A DNA stretch of 64,000 bases, taken from NCBI GenBank assembly GCA_964016885.1, contig OZ024740.1, positions 92,256,001 through 92,320,000 of the forward strand, in the 5' to 3' direction. Made by a program: the position numbers and the translations under genes. Below the pieces are notes generated by a model. It saw only the letters and a program-made list of their open reading frames with translations, did not search any database and had not been told where the DNA came from. Shown piece by piece: positions 39,301-53,279 of the stretch; position 1 is the first letter of the stretch, and the number at the start of each line of letters is the position of its first letter. The stretch is from Eledone cirrhosa. Taxonomy: Eukaryota.

Positions 39301-42300
39301 TGTTCGTCTACAGCGTGGTGATAATGCCACACAAGAGCCAAGTGGAGCGGCGCAACCACCGGAGATGGTGAATCCACAGATGGTTATGTAACCATACATT
39401 CGCCAATCCTCGATAAAAGTGTTTAAATATCGAACCTAAACAGTTCGAATAACGGTGAAATGGAGACTAGAACGTCATGTGACAGACTCTCACCCAACAG
39501 GTGCTCCCTGGATCAGCAGCAGGAACCTAGCTGTCAACCAAATACTGCTGGTGTCGGAGGAAGAAGAAGAAGGAAAGGGACCAGAAACAACTGGACGAAA
39601 TAATTGAATAGAACTGTTATGCAATATTACTTGAAAAATAACCCCAAGGAGAGGGGCTATAGGAGACGGATGCATAACATCTGGAACGAGATTGGTCTAT
39701 TTAAATTAGATGAACAAAATTGGCCGGGCAGGCTCGGGTAATAAGAACTAATGGGTGGATAAGCGAGCTGGAACTGGAGGAAATGAGCAGAGAGATTAAC
39801 TTGGAGATGGAGGGTGAAGTATGCCAGGAAAACGAGCCAGTGGGAAATGAAGGTGAAGGGGTCGAGAGTACGGAGGAACCACCCGAAGCAGACAATGACC
39901 TGAATACTGAGATAAATAATACCTGGAACAGAGATACGGCCACTGAGGAGATGAATGCTGACGGGCTAGGACAAGATTCGGTTGACATCCTAAATTTAGT
40001 GGTAGATGAATTGAACAATGATAGTGGGAGACCTAAGAACCTAAGATTTGTAGACAGGAAAAAGTTAAAAGAAACAATAGCTAAGGTAAACAAAGTCATC
40101 CCATACCTTGAGGCGAGGAACCTTCACCAGTGCAACAATATCCTCAAAGCAACAGCAAATACTGTGAGGAAACTACTTGGTATAAAAGCGAGAGGAAACA
40201 ACAGACAAGAAAGAGCAGAGCCTTGGTGGAAGAAACGACAGAGTGGTCAAATCAGGGAAATGAGAAATGACATTGGAAAGCTTGAGTCACTACTGAATGG
40301 GACACTAAAAAACATAGGCACTAAAAATAGACTGGAAATAAAGTACAAAACTAGGAGGAAAAAGCTAAATATTATCATAGAGGAACTGAAGCAACGCATT
40401 GTAGCAAAGAGTGCAAAAATCAGGCGATACGAGAACAGAGTCAGTCAGTATAAACATAACCGCATGTTCGACAACAACCAGAAGATGCTGTTTGGAGAGC
40501 TTGAGGGGAAAGAAAGAGGCAACGACTTGTTCCCTGAGGTGGAACAAACTAAAACATTCTGGAGAGGAATATGGGAGCAGGATGTTAGACATAATGACCA
40601 GGCAGGGTGGATTGAGACAGTACAGAGGGAGATCGGTGAGCAGGCACACCAACAAACTGATTTGAGTATCACAGTTGAAACTCTTAAGGGGCAGGCCAAA
40701 AAACTAACCAACTGGAAATCACCAGGCCCAGATGGTGTGCAGGGGTATTGGATAAAAAATTTAACACCCTTCCACCCGAAACTGACAACCATGTTCAATG
40801 ACTGCTTGATGTCAGGTGAGGTACCAGAGTGGTTGACAAAAGGTACCACAGTTCTGATAATGAAAGACCGAATCAAGGGTAATGATGTTACCAACTATAG
40901 ACCTATCACATGTCTGTCCGTAATGTGGAAACTGCTGACGAGCATTGTGTCTGAGGAAATCTACTATCACCTCCACACAAACAACTTGTTACCGGACAAA
41001 CAGAAAGGATGCCGAAAGAAGTCACGTCGTACAAAGGACCAGTTACTTATTGATAAGATGGTGATGGGGAATTGCAAGAGGAGACACACTGATCTTGCCA
41101 TGGGATGGATAGACTACAGAATGGCATTTGACATGGTGCCTCATTCTTGGATCACCAAAAGCCTGGAGATCTTCAAGGTGGCAGATAACATCAGACAGTT
41201 GCTGGGCAGGAGTATGAGGTCCTGGGAAACAGAGTTGACATCAACTGGAGAATACTTGGGAAGCGTGAAGATCAAGAGAGGTATCTTCCAGGGAGATAGC
41301 CTGTCCCCTCTGTTGTTTGTCCTTGCCCTGATGCCCCTGACCATTATGCTGCGAAAAGTGAGAGCAGGATACAAGTTGGGAAAGGGAGAGCTTACCATCA
41401 ATCACCTCCTCTTCATGGACGATCTTAAACTCTTCGGGAAGAGTGAGAAGGAGTTGGATGTGCTTGTTGACACTGTCCGTATTTTCAGCAGTGATATATG
41501 TATGCAGTTTGGTATTAGTAAGTGTGGAGTCATTGTGATGAGGAGGGGTAGGTTGAGCAGAAGTAAGGGAATCCAGATACCAACAGGTGAGATGATAAAG
41601 GAAATTGACTCTGAGGAAGGATACAAGTATTTGGGCGTTCTGGAGGCTGGTGGCATAAAGAACAAAAAAATGAAGGAATTGTTAAGAACTGAATACATTC
41701 GGAGAGTAAGGAGCGTATTGAAGTCACATCTGAACGGCAGAAATGCCATAAGCGCAGTAAATTCCCGAGCTGTGTCTATTATTAGGTACATTGCGGGAAT
41801 TCTGAGATGGAATGTTGCTGAACAAAAAGAAATGGATAGGAAGACTAGAAAGCTATTGACTATCTACAACATGTTCCACAAGAGGAGTGATATCGATAGA
41901 CTCTACCTAAGGAGATCTGAGGGTGGAAGAGGTCTTATCAGCATAGAGGACTGTGTTCAGATGGAGAAAAACAACCTACACAAATACGTGACTGATAGTA
42001 AGGAGCCAATGCTCAGAAGTGTACTGAAGGAGGGGACAATAGACCAGGGGATGTCCAAGGAGGAAATAACATCAAGGAGAAAGAGCAGCCTTCAGGGAAA
42101 ATCCCTTCATAGTACCTTCTTTGAGAAAACTGAATTTAGAGATCCATAGACATGGAACTGGTTGAGAAGAGGAGACCTCAAAAAGGCTACAGAAGGAATG
42201 TTAATGGCTGTTCAGGAGCAGGCCCTCAAAACGAAGTGGTTGAAACACCATATTTACAAGGAGGAGGCTAAGCACTGTGCAGGATCTGTGGAGAGAGAGA

Positions 42301-42924
42301 GAGGAGACTGTGGCTCACATTGTATCCGAGTGTAAACACCTAGCCCAGACCCACTATAAGGGCTGGATACATGATGTGATGGGCAGGGTGATCCACTGGC
42401 ACCTGTGCAAAGTAAACAATTTACCACATTCTGAGAAATGGTAGGATCATAAGCCAGAGGCGGTGATGGAGAACGATCAGGTGAAGGTGCTGTGGGATTT
42501 TAGGATACAGACGGCAATAAACTGGAACACAATAGACCTGACCTGGTGGTTGTGGACAAAGAAAAAAGATCGTGTCTGATTGTGGATGTGGCCTGCCCTT
42601 TCGACACGAGAGTGCAAGAGAAGGAGAGGGAGTAAATTAACCGATACCAGGACTTAAAGTGGGAGGTAAAAAGGATTTGGAACTGCCATGAAGTCAAAGT
42701 GATCCCGATTGTCATAGGCGCACTGGGGACTATCTCCAAAAGTTTCCAGGGATGGTTAAAGAAAATCGGCCCCTTCACTATTTTTGGAACGCTTCAAAAG
42801 GCATGCTTGCTGGGAACAGCAAGAACCCTCCGATACGTCCTGAATATCTGAGGCTGCAGGTAGTGGCTTGATATTCATTCCAACGGACTTTGCAGTTAAC
42901 TAACATCAATGACTGAGATTCAAG

Positions 42925-42925
<1 letters not shown>
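39300..42925 (+). mobile_element. R4/Dong-clade LINE family A, copy A2 (near full-length, disrupted), (TAA)n tail 42926-43000
   Basis: ORF remnant runs ATG 39460 to TGA 42850 with GYRRRM..W..EQ.LAGQAR, NYRPITCL, WIDYR.AFD, GIFQGDSLSP, FMDDLK, YKYLG. Stops at 39601 and 42147, plus frameshifts. Confidence 0.92.
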
Positions 42926-43003
<78 letters not shown>

Positions 43004-45503
43004 TAGGAGTAAAAAGCTAAATATTATCATAGAGGAATTGAAGCAACGCATTGTAGCAAAGAGTGCAAAAATCAGGCGATACGAGAACAGAGTCAGTCAG
43101 TATAAACAGAACCGCATGTTCGACAACAACCAGAAGATGCTGTTTGGACAGCTTGAGGGCAAAGAAAGAGGCAACGACTTGATCCCTGGGGCGGAGCAAA
43201 CTAAAACATTCTGGAGAGGAATATGGGAGCAGGATGTTAGACACAATGCCCAGGCAGGGTGGATTGAGACAGTACAGAGGGAGATCGGTGAGCAGGCACA
43301 GCAACAGACTGATTTGAGTATCACAGTTGAAACTCTTAAGGGGCAAGCCAAAAAACTAACCAACTGGAAATCACCAGGCCCAGATGGTGTGCAGGGGTAT
43401 TGGATTAAACATCTAACATCCCTCCACCCGAAGCTGACGGCCATGTTCAATGACTGCTTGGTGTCGGGTGAGGTGCCAGAGTGGTTGACAAAAGGTACCA
43501 CAGTTCTGATAATGAAAGACCGAATCAAGGGTAACGATGCTACCAACTATAGACCTATCACATGTCTGCCCGTAATGTGGAAACTGTTGACGAGCATTGT
43601 GTCTGAGGAAATCTACCATCACCTCCACACAAACAACTTGTTACCGGACGAACAGAAAGGATGCCGAAATAAGTCACGTGGTACAAAGGACGAGTTGCTT
43701 ATTGATAAGATGGTAATGGGGAATTGCAGGAGGAGACACACTGATCTTGCCATGGGATGGATAGACTACAGAAAGGCATTTGACATGGTGCCTCATTCCT
43801 GGATCACCAAAAGCCTGGAGATCTTCAGGGTGGCAGATAACATCAGACAGTTGCTAGGCAGGAGTATGGGGTCCTGGGAGACAGAGTTGACATCAACTGG
43901 AGTATCCTTGGGAAGCGTGAAGATCAAGAGAGGTATCTTCCAGGGAGATAGCATGTCCCCTCTGTTTTTTGTCCTTGCCCTGATGCCCTTGACCATTATG
44001 CTGCGAAAAGTGAGAGCAGGATACAAGTTGGGAAGGGGAGAGCTTACCATCAATCACCTCCTCTTCATGGACGATCTTAAGCTCTTCGGGAAAAGTGAGA
44101 AGGAGTTGGATGTGCTTGTTGACACTGTCCGTATTTTCAGCAGTGATATATGTATGCAGTTTGGTATTGGTAAATGTGGAGTCATTGTGATGAAGAGGGG
44201 TAGGTTGAACAGAAGTAACGGGATCCAGATACCAACAGGTGAGATGATAAAGGAAATTGACTCTGAGGAAGGATACAAGTATTTGGGCGTTCTGGAGGCT
44301 GATGGCATAAAGAACAAAAAAATGAAGGAATTGTTAAGAACTGAATACATTCGGAGAGTAAGGAGCGTATTGAAGTCACATCTGAACAGCAGAAATGCCA
44401 TAAGCGCAGTAAATTCCCGAGCTGTGTCTATTATTAGGTACAGTGCGGGAATTCTGAGATGGAATGTTGCTGAACAGAAAGAAATGGATAGGAAGACTAG
44501 GAAGCTATTGAATATCTACAACATGTTCCACAAGAGGAGTGATGTCGATAGACTCTACCTAAGGAGATCTGAGGGTGGAAGAGGTCTTATCAGCATAGAG
44601 GACTGTGTTCAGATGGAGAAAAACAACCTATACAAATACGTGACCTATAGTAAGGAGCCAATGCTCAGAACTGTACTGAAGGAGGGGACAGTAGGCCAGG
44701 GGATGTCCAGGGAGGAAATAACATCAAGGAGGAAGAGCAGCCTTAAGGGAAAACCCCTTCATAGTACCTTCTTTGAGAAAACTGAATTTAGAGATCCACA
44801 GACATGGAACTGGTTGAGAAGAGGAGACCTCAAAAAGGCTACAGAAGGAATGCTAATGGCTGCGCAGGAGCAGGCCCTCAAAACGAAGTGGTTGAAGCAC
44901 CATATCTACAAGGAGGAGGCTAGCCCACTGTGCAGGATCTGTGGAGAGAGAGAGGAGACTGTGGCTCACATTGTGTCCGAGTGTAAACACCTAGCCCAGA
45001 CCCACTATAAGGGCTGGAGACACGATGTGATGGGCAGGGTGATACACTGGCACCTGTGCAAAGTAAACAATCTACCACATTCTGAGAAATGTTATGAGCA
45101 TAGGCCAGAGGCGGTGATGGAGAACAATCAGGTGAAGGTGCTGTGGGATTTTAGGATACAGACGGACAAAAAACTGGAACACAATAGACCTGACCTGGTT
45201 GTTGTGGACAAAGAAAAAAGATCGTGCCTGATTGTGGATGTGGCCTGCCCGTTCGACACGAGAGTGCAAGAGAAGGAGAGGGAGAAAATAAACCGATACC
45301 AGGACCTAAAGTGGGAGGTGAAAAGGATTTGGAACTGCCATGAAGTCAAAGTGATCCCGATTGTCATAGGCGCACTGGGGACTATCTCCAAAAGTTTCCA
45401 GGGATGGTTAAAGAAAATTGGCCCCTTCACGCGTTTTGGAACGCTTCAAAAGGCATGCTTGCTTGGAACAGCAAGAACCCTCCGATACGTCCTGAATATC
45501 TGA
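42909..45503 (+). CDS. Uninterrupted RT + CCHC + restriction-like endonuclease frame of copy A3, fused in frame to the A2 3'UTR ATG and a poly-Ile tail
   Basis: 864-aa ORF with DYRKAFD, GIFQGDSMSP, FMDD, CRICGEREETVAHIVSEC, RPD..D..EK. Expression is not shown. Confidence 0.6.
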
Positions 45504-45577
45504 GGCTGCAGGTAGTGGCTTGATATTCAATCCAACGGACTTTCCAGTTAACCAACATCAATGACTGAGATTCAAGG
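43001..45577 (+). mobile_element. R4/Dong-clade family A, copy A3 (5'-truncated), (TAA)n tail 45578-45610
   Basis: Begins at a position homologous to ~40349 of A2; same 3'UTR. Confidence 0.93.
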
Positions 45578-45610
45578 AATAACAATAATAATAATAATAA
45601 TAATAATAAT

Positions 45611-47330
45611 GGGCAGGAGTATGGGGTCCTAGGAGATAGAGTTGACATCAACTGGAGTATCCTTGGGAAGCGTGAAGATCAAGAGAGGTATCTTCCAGGG
45701 AGATAGCCTGTCCCCTCTGTTGTCTGTCCTTGCCCTGATGCCCTTGACCATTATGCTGCGAAAAGTGAGAGCAGGATACAAGTTGGGAAGGGGAGAGCTT
45801 ACCATCAATCACCTCCTCTTCATGGACGATCTTAAGCTCTTCGGGAAAAGTGAGAAGGAGTTGGATGTGCTTGTTGACACTGTCCGTATTTTCAGCAATG
45901 ATATATGTATGCAGTTTGGTATTGGTAAATGTGGAGTCATTGTGATAAGGAGGGGTAGGTTGAGCAGAAGTAACGGGATCCAGATACCAACAGGTGAAAT
46001 GATAAAGGAAATTGACTCTGAGGAAGGATACAAGTATTTGGGCGTTCTGGAGGCTGATGGCATAAAGAACAAAAAAATGAAGGAATTGTTAAGAACTGAA
46101 TACATTCGGAGAGTAATGAGCGTATTGAAGTCACATCTGAACAGCAGAAATGCCATAAATCAGTAAATTCCCGAGCTGTGTCTATTATTAGGTACAGTGC
46201 GGGAATTCTGAGATGGAATGTTGCTGAACAAAAAGAAATGGATAGGAAGACTAGGAAGCTATTGACTATCTACAATATGTTCCACAAGAGGAGTGATATC
46301 GATAGACTCTACTTAAGGAGATCTGAGGGTGGAAGAGGTCTTATCAGCATAGAGGACTGTGTTCAGATGGAGAAAAAAACCTATACAAATACGTGACCTA
46401 TAGTAAGGAGCCAATGCTCAGAACTGTACTGAAGGAGGGGACAGTAGGCCAGGGGATGTCCAAGGAGGAAATAACATCAAGGAGGAAGAGCAGCCTTAAG
46501 GGAAAATCCCTTCATAGTACCTTCTTTGAGAAAACTGAATTTAGAGATCCACAGTCATGGAACTGGTTGAGAAGAGGAGACCTCAAAAAGGCTACAGAAG
46601 GAATGATAATGGCTGCGCAGGAGCAGGCCCTCAAAACGAAGTGGTTGAAGCACCATATTTACAAGGAGGAGGCTAGTCTACTGTGCAGGATCTGTGGAGA
46701 GAGAGAGGAGACTGTGGCTCACATTGTGTCCAAGTGTAAACACCTAGCCCATACCCACTATAAGGGCTGGAGACACGATGTGATGGGCAGGGTGATCCAC
46801 TGTCACCTGTGCAAAGTAAACAATTTACCACATTCTGAGAAATGGTATGAGCATAGGCCAGAGGCGGTGATGGAGAACAATCAGGTGAAGGTGCTGTGGG
46901 ATTTTAGGATACAGACGGACAAAAAACTGGAACACAATAGACCTGACCTGGTGGTTGTGGACAAAGAAAAAAGATCGTGTCTGATTGTGGATGTGGCCTG
47001 CCCGTTCGACACGAGAGTGCAAGAGAAGGAGAGGGAGAAAATTAACCGATACCAGGACCTAAAGTGGGAGATGAAAAGGATTTGGAACTGCCATGAAGTC
47101 AAAGTGATCCCGATTGTCATAGGCGCACTGGAGACTATCTCCAAAAGTTTCCAGGGATGGTTAAAGAAAATCGGCCCCGTCACGCTTTTTGGAACGCTTC
47201 AAAAGGCATGCTTGCTTGGAACAGCAAGAACCCTCCGATACGTCCTGAATATCTGAGGCTGCAGGCAGTGGCTTGATATTCAATCCAACGGACTTTCCAG
47301 TTAACCAACATCAATGACTGAGATTCAAGG
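45611..47330 (+). mobile_element. R4/Dong-clade family A, copy A4 (5'-truncated), (TAA)n tail 47331-47375
   Basis: Begins at a position homologous to ~43856 of A3; RT C-terminal half + RLE with two frameshifts. Confidence 0.93.
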
Positions 47331-47375
47331 AATAACAACAATAATAATAATAATAATAATAATAATAGTAATAAT

Positions 47376-48540
47376 CATAAATCCAGTTAGACATTGCGTT
47401 GAAAACTGCAACAATTGGATTATCTACATATCTAAGGGAATCACATGATTGGATGATCAAACTCGTTTTGAAACACGAACGCATCAAAAGATCATATTCC
47501 ATTACAAAAGATGCACAAAGATACAGCAATGGACTTCAAATTTCAGAAGTAAGATTTACTGCTGAAATGGAAAACACAGAAAAAGCAAAGCAGGTAAAAG
47601 TAACTGCAAAGAAAGAACTGCTACAGAAACTGGCTAAGAAATGGCAAGAAAAGCCTCTGTTTGGAAAATACCCAGAGCGAGCTAACAATCCTGATGTTGA
47701 CAAAACTTTAACCCATCAGTGGTTGGCATCCTCTGGACTGAAATCGGAGACTGAAGGACTGATTATATCAGCACAAGATCAGTGTCTGCCAACAAAAATT
47801 ACCAAGCCAACATAATAAAAAATGGATGCAGCCCATTATGCCGTGTATGCAAAAAACAACTAGAGACCATTGACCATATAATTTCAATGTGCAGTCCTAT
47901 AGCTCCAATCGAATACCTAAACAGGCATGACAGAGCTGCACATATTGGATAATGTGTAAGCATTTTGACCTGCCCCATCAAAAGAATTGGTGGGAGCATC
48001 AACCACCTCCCATACTTGAAAAAGATCATATCTCAATCTTGTGGAACTTTAGCATCCAAACAGACCGAAAAATAGATGCAAATAGACCTGATATAATATT
48101 GAAGGACTTTCAAAAGAGGGTATGCCTGCTAATTGATATGTCTGTTCCAATAGACAAGAATGTATCTATAAAAACATTTGAAAAATTGAGCAAGTATAAG
48201 GACCTGGAGATAGAAATTGGAAAAATGTGGAAATTGAGAACTAAAACAATACCAGTGGTTGTAGGCGCTCTGGGAATGATACCTAAGGGGTCTAATGATT
48301 ACTCATCGCAGATCCCAGGAAACCCGCGTATAGGAGAAATACAAAAGATAGTACTAATGGGAACTGCCCATATACTAAGGAAGATTATGTCAATATAAGT
48401 ACATCACAAGTCTAAACACTAAAGATGCATGTGTGTGTATGTATATTCTTCCTTGAACATGGCGGACCTTGTTGTCTCTTGAGGTCACTGGTTGTGACTT
48501 GGTGATAACTCGTATGAACATAAAGCAAGATAAATGCAAC
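47376..48540 (+). mobile_element. R4/Dong-clade family B, copy B1 (5'-truncated), (TAA)n tail 48541-48603
   Basis: GLKSETEGLIISAQDQ, CRVC..ETIDHIISMC, RPDIIL..LLIDMSVP..EKLSKYKDL. 3'UTR differs from family A and ends TAAATGCAAC. Confidence 0.9.
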
Positions 48541-48605
<65 letters not shown>

Positions 48606-49230
48606 TTTCTTTATTAACCACAAGGGTTTACATAAAGTAGACATTAATGACAGTGCAGGACAATGCAGGACGGTACAAATGGGCATTTCTGCGTGTAAAA
48701 AAACAAAAACAGAGGATGTAACAAAAATAACAATGAAAATAACAATGAAAAATTCCCCAATAGGGGGGAGACTTCGGAGGGACATTTGTGGAGAAAGCCC
48801 ATTAAAAGACCACAGTGGCCCTGACCACCAGGGCAAGTGCCCTCTCCCAGTTTTCCACCTTTAATTTACAGACACATACTCAGAGAAGGCCCATTCATTC
48901 GGGCCATACTTGCTTCTCTCACCCATCTTTCAACAAAATGCTGGGAAGAGAGCACTTCCCTCTCTACCCTGATTTTCCTTTTCAAATGAAATTTGAAAAA
49001 GTTAATCAGGGCATCACCGAAGAGGTAAGTGCTCGTCTTCAGCCCTTTCAAACGTGTCCACCATACTATCTCTTTCGCCATGGCCACCAGACAGATAAAA
49101 ACTGCCTGCCCTTCCAGGCTAAAGGAAGGGGGCGGGGCAATGCTCACGATGGACTCAGCTGATAGCTGGATAGGTCCTACACGTGACAGCAGGTGTTCGA
49201 CAGCATATGCTGACACGGATCTTCCGCATC

Positions 49231-51258
49231 CTAGTTCGCGCGGGACCCCCTCAACGTCTCCAGTTTGTGCAGTAATGGCTCGAGAGTCAATACGTACAAT
49301 AGGGACGAGAGGGGACATCCTTGGCGGACCGAGCGCATGATGTTGAACGGTTCCGAAAGGTGACCGTTCACTCTCACTACAGAGCAGATGTCGCTGTGCA
49401 TGGCAGCGATCCAGCCTCTGAAGACGGGCCCAAAGCCAGCCGCCCTCAGGACTGCCGCTAGGTAACGATGGTCGACCCTATCGAAGGCTTTCGACTGATC
49501 TAAATTGATCAAAGACCCACCCGTGCCAGATTCCCTAGATACCCTCTCTACGATGTATCGCATGAGGTGGAGGTTGTCGTGGATGGATCTGTCGGGAATG
49601 GCGCATGTCTGTGCCTCTCCCACCAGACCATCAACGACAAGCGCCAACCTCTTTGCTAGCACCTTGGCCAAAATCGTGAACTCTGTGTTTAGCAGAGTTA
49701 TGGGCCTAAAATTATCTATGTTATCCCCCTTGTTCGAATCCTTTCTCAGCAGCGCCACCGCTCCTCGGCTCACAGAGCCGGGAATTCTCCCGTTCTGTTG
49801 CCAGTTGCAGTAGACGTCCGCCAAGAGGCCTCCGAACAAGTTTGGCATTTGTACGTAAAGTTCATAGGGCAGACCATCCAAACCAGGCGATTTACCCCTT
49901 GTGCAAGTAGTCATTGCATCCCGTACTTCAGCGGTTGTTATCGTATTTTCGCAACACTCCGCATCAGTGGCCGAAAGCCGCGGCAGTCCGTCGAGGTAGA
50001 CACTAAAGTCCATCCCTCGATCCGGCCAGCCACTGCCCCCGAACAGTTGAGCGAAGTGTCGCTGAAAAGCTTCACACATTTGCCCGGGATCGAGTAGCAT
50101 GCGCCCGTCATGGTCCATCAAAGACCGGATCGTGGCTTTGTTGCCACGACGCGCCTCCGCCACTCGGGCCCATTGAACGGCTTTCGTCCCCTCGTGTCTG
50201 AGAGCACGCACCCTAGCTCTGACAACGCAGCCTTCGTGCTTTGCATTGAAGAATTGGTCAAGGGCCAATTTCGCCGCAAGTACGTCGGTCGCGATGCCTT
50301 TGCTAAGCGCCTCATCTAATTTTCTAACTAATTCTTCCTCTGCTCTATTTTTCTCTATTGCTAAAGTCTTACTAAACCTAATGGACTCTATTCTAATTGC
50401 TCTTTTCAGAGCAAACCACCACTTGTTGTTGACGATGGCCCCCGTCAACGCCCGCTTAACTAGTTCGCTAATCCGGTCTCTGTAGGCCTTGCGCGCTGGT
50501 AAGGACGCGTTTAGCTTCCAGTAGCCGGGTCCTCGTCTATGAAGCCTATCTAAGTCAAGCACACAGATCACGAATGTGTGGTCCGTGTAGCTGACTATCT
50601 TGAATTGTGGACAGCCTATGCTAGACCTATCTATTTCCCTACAAAATACTCTATCTAGATATGATCTGGATGACCCTATGCGATTTGTCCAAGTCCACAT
50701 TGGTACATTCGGGAAATCCATTCGGTACCTGTCAGACAGTTCAAAACGTCTGAGCAGGTTGGAGGGACTCTTGCACCCTCCTTCTCTATCCACTAATCCC
50801 ACACAATCCCAGCGTGCATCTAAGATCCCGTTCCAGTCGCCCACTAACACTAAAGAACGGGACGTTCCAAGAAAGGTCTCCAGACGCCGGAAGAAATCAG
50901 GCCGCCCTGCTCCTGTCGGGGCATAGACGGCCACTAACCTGAAAGCTTGCCCGTCTCCGCTGGTCACGTCCAGCACCACCAACTTACCTTCTGGGTCCAG
51001 GAAGATGGCCCGTATGGCAAGATCCAAACCTCTCCGAAAAAGCACAGCAACTCCTCCCCCCGATCCCGGACGGCTGGGAGATGCGTACACATCGTAGCCG
51101 CCGAAGATCGGTGGGAAAGCCTGTGCTTCGGAGATTCTGGTCTTGCTGATGGCCACTACATCTATGTTTAGTGATCTGAGGTCGTTGAGCAGGTGGCCCT
51201 GCTTCCATGACGACCCCAAGCCACGCGCATTTATGCTGCCTATTCTGAGTGAGGTCAT
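49231..51258 (-). pseudogene. T3 ORF2: APE endonuclease + RT to motif QGCPLS
   Basis: 675-aa open frame with NFRPITLLN, LDQSKAFDRV and VRQGCPLS; catalytic DD removed by the deletion. Confidence 0.88.
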
Positions 51259-51292
51259 GTTGAAAAGGAGTGGAAAAGATGGGAAAGACCAC

Positions 51293-53279
51293 TTACCCTA
51301 CTTCTCGTAGGGGAAGGACGGCTTTTCCATCCATTTCACTGCTTGTGGCCTCCTCAGGAAGGATTTCCTTATAAATTCTCCTGGAGAGTGCTTGTCGGAA
51401 GTCTCCGATGTCTTTGGGGAATTTTTGTTTTAATGTCATGTACGTTTTCTGTGTGATGCGAGTGATTTGTATGTGTGGAGGTGGTGTGAATTTTGGGGTT
51501 GTTGTGTAGTCTTTTTCTGTGATGCTGGTGTTGTGTTGGATGTAGTGTAATAATTGCTTGTTGTTCAAATTTAATGCTGTGTAGTGTGTATCGTATGGTT
51601 GTTTTGTTTTGTTTGCGTTTGTTGTGGGTTTGTTTCTGTTTCGGATTTTGGTGATTTTTGTGGTGTAGGTGATGGTGGTGTTGGAGTTAATGATGGTGAT
51701 GGTGTTGGTGTTTGGGTTGATGGGGTTGGTGATGCTGGTGTGGATGGTGGCATATCTCTCCTAACTTTTTTGTTTCTTAGTTTATTTGTTTCCCTCTGTA
51801 TTTTGTTTTTGGAGGGGGAAGGAAGAGAATTTTTTCTTTTTTGGTTTCTTTTTTTTTTCCGGATATCGTTTCCCACTCCTCGTCGTCACAATCTGTCTCC
51901 AGTTGTGATAGGCCGGGGAGTGGAAAATCCTCCACAGCCGTTAGTTTTGGTTGTGGTGTGGTGGATGGTGTAGGTGCTGGTGCTAGTTCTGAAGCGTTGG
52001 GTGGTGGTGGTGTTGGTTTTGCTGGTGGTGGTAGTGGTGATGGTTTTGCTACTGTTGCTGGGGTTGTTGCTGTTATAGTTGCTTCTGTTGTTGCTGCTAC
52101 AGTTGTTGCTGGCATCTCTGCTACTGGTGGTGTTGATGGTTGTGTCACTGGGGTGGGTAGGAGAGGTGGCCTCAACCTTTTAGCCTGAGGGCAGAAAGCC
52201 CTTAGGTGGGTTCCTTCACCACAAACGACACACGTAGGTCTTCTGCCCTCGACAATTACCGTGAGGTGGCTGCCGTCAGTGAGGTCTATTACCTCTGGGA
52301 TCTCTTCAATGCTTTTTTGGTCCGCTTGGATCAGGATTTCCATCCCAGATCCGGACCAGTTTTCCTGCTTTTCTTTTGCTATTGTTATTATTTTCGTGTT
52401 GGCCTCGATGTCGGCGATGACAGCCGCTATTAGCCAGGGAATTTCGATGGCCGGTGGAACGTGGGTCACCCTGATCTTTACGAGTCTCTGGCCACAATAG
52501 CTTGGGACGAGTGTGAAGTCGTCACTTTTTAATGGGGCCATGGAGTGTTCTCTAGCCTCCTCTGGTGTTTCAAAGAACACATCCACGGTTCCATACTTTT
52601 GCCCACGTCTGATGTGGGTTTTTCTTGCCCACACATGTCCCAAAGCTTTTTGGATTTGGGACTCGGATGCCCGTTCCACTCGGCGCGATTTTACATATAT
52701 TGTTCTATACGACACTGTGCATAGGCGCCGATGCTCCATTTTATTAGGTGGGGGGGTGAGGCTGACCCTGTACCCATCTTTCTTTACCATTTGTTTGGCA
52801 TTTTCTAAATCTTCTTGTGTTACCGTGAACGCTTCGAATTGTTTTGCTACGATGGCGAAACTGAGGGTCGGTTTTATAATGTCATTGTTGTTGTTGTTGC
52901 TATCGTTAATATTAATTTTATTTTCAGTTGTGGTCGTGGTGACGTCACTCGTCTTTGGTGGGGAAGAGTCCATTTTGCTTGATTTCATTTCGACGTCACG
53001 AGTTAATTTACTTTTTTCTTCTTTTGTTTCTGCTGTCGCGGTGGTGGTGGTGGTGGTGGTGGTTGTCGCGGTGGTGGTGGTGGTGGAGGGTTTAACACCT
53101 GCAGTCATTGGTAATGGCGGGAAATGAATGTCTGCCTGAGACAAATTTAAAATATTGCTACTGCTTATATTTTTTTTTGTGTTGGCAAACGCAGTAACAT
53201 TTACAATGGTGGTGTCGGTGTGAGGTGTTATTTTGTGAGGAAGGCTTTCAGCTGCTTCGTGCAGAGGGGAATTAGCCAT
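51293..53279 (-). pseudogene. T3 ORF1: gag-like, Thr/Pro-rich, single CCHC knuckle
   Basis: 500-aa open frame, then frameshifts near A-runs. Contains CVVCGEGTHLRAFC and is colinear with T1/T2 ORF1. Confidence 0.8.

Noticed and set aside
39340-39415. HDV-like ribozyme upstream of the R4 ORF
   Set aside because: A P4-like hairpin followed by CCAAU is present, but I could not build P1/P3/L3; needs a descriptor search.
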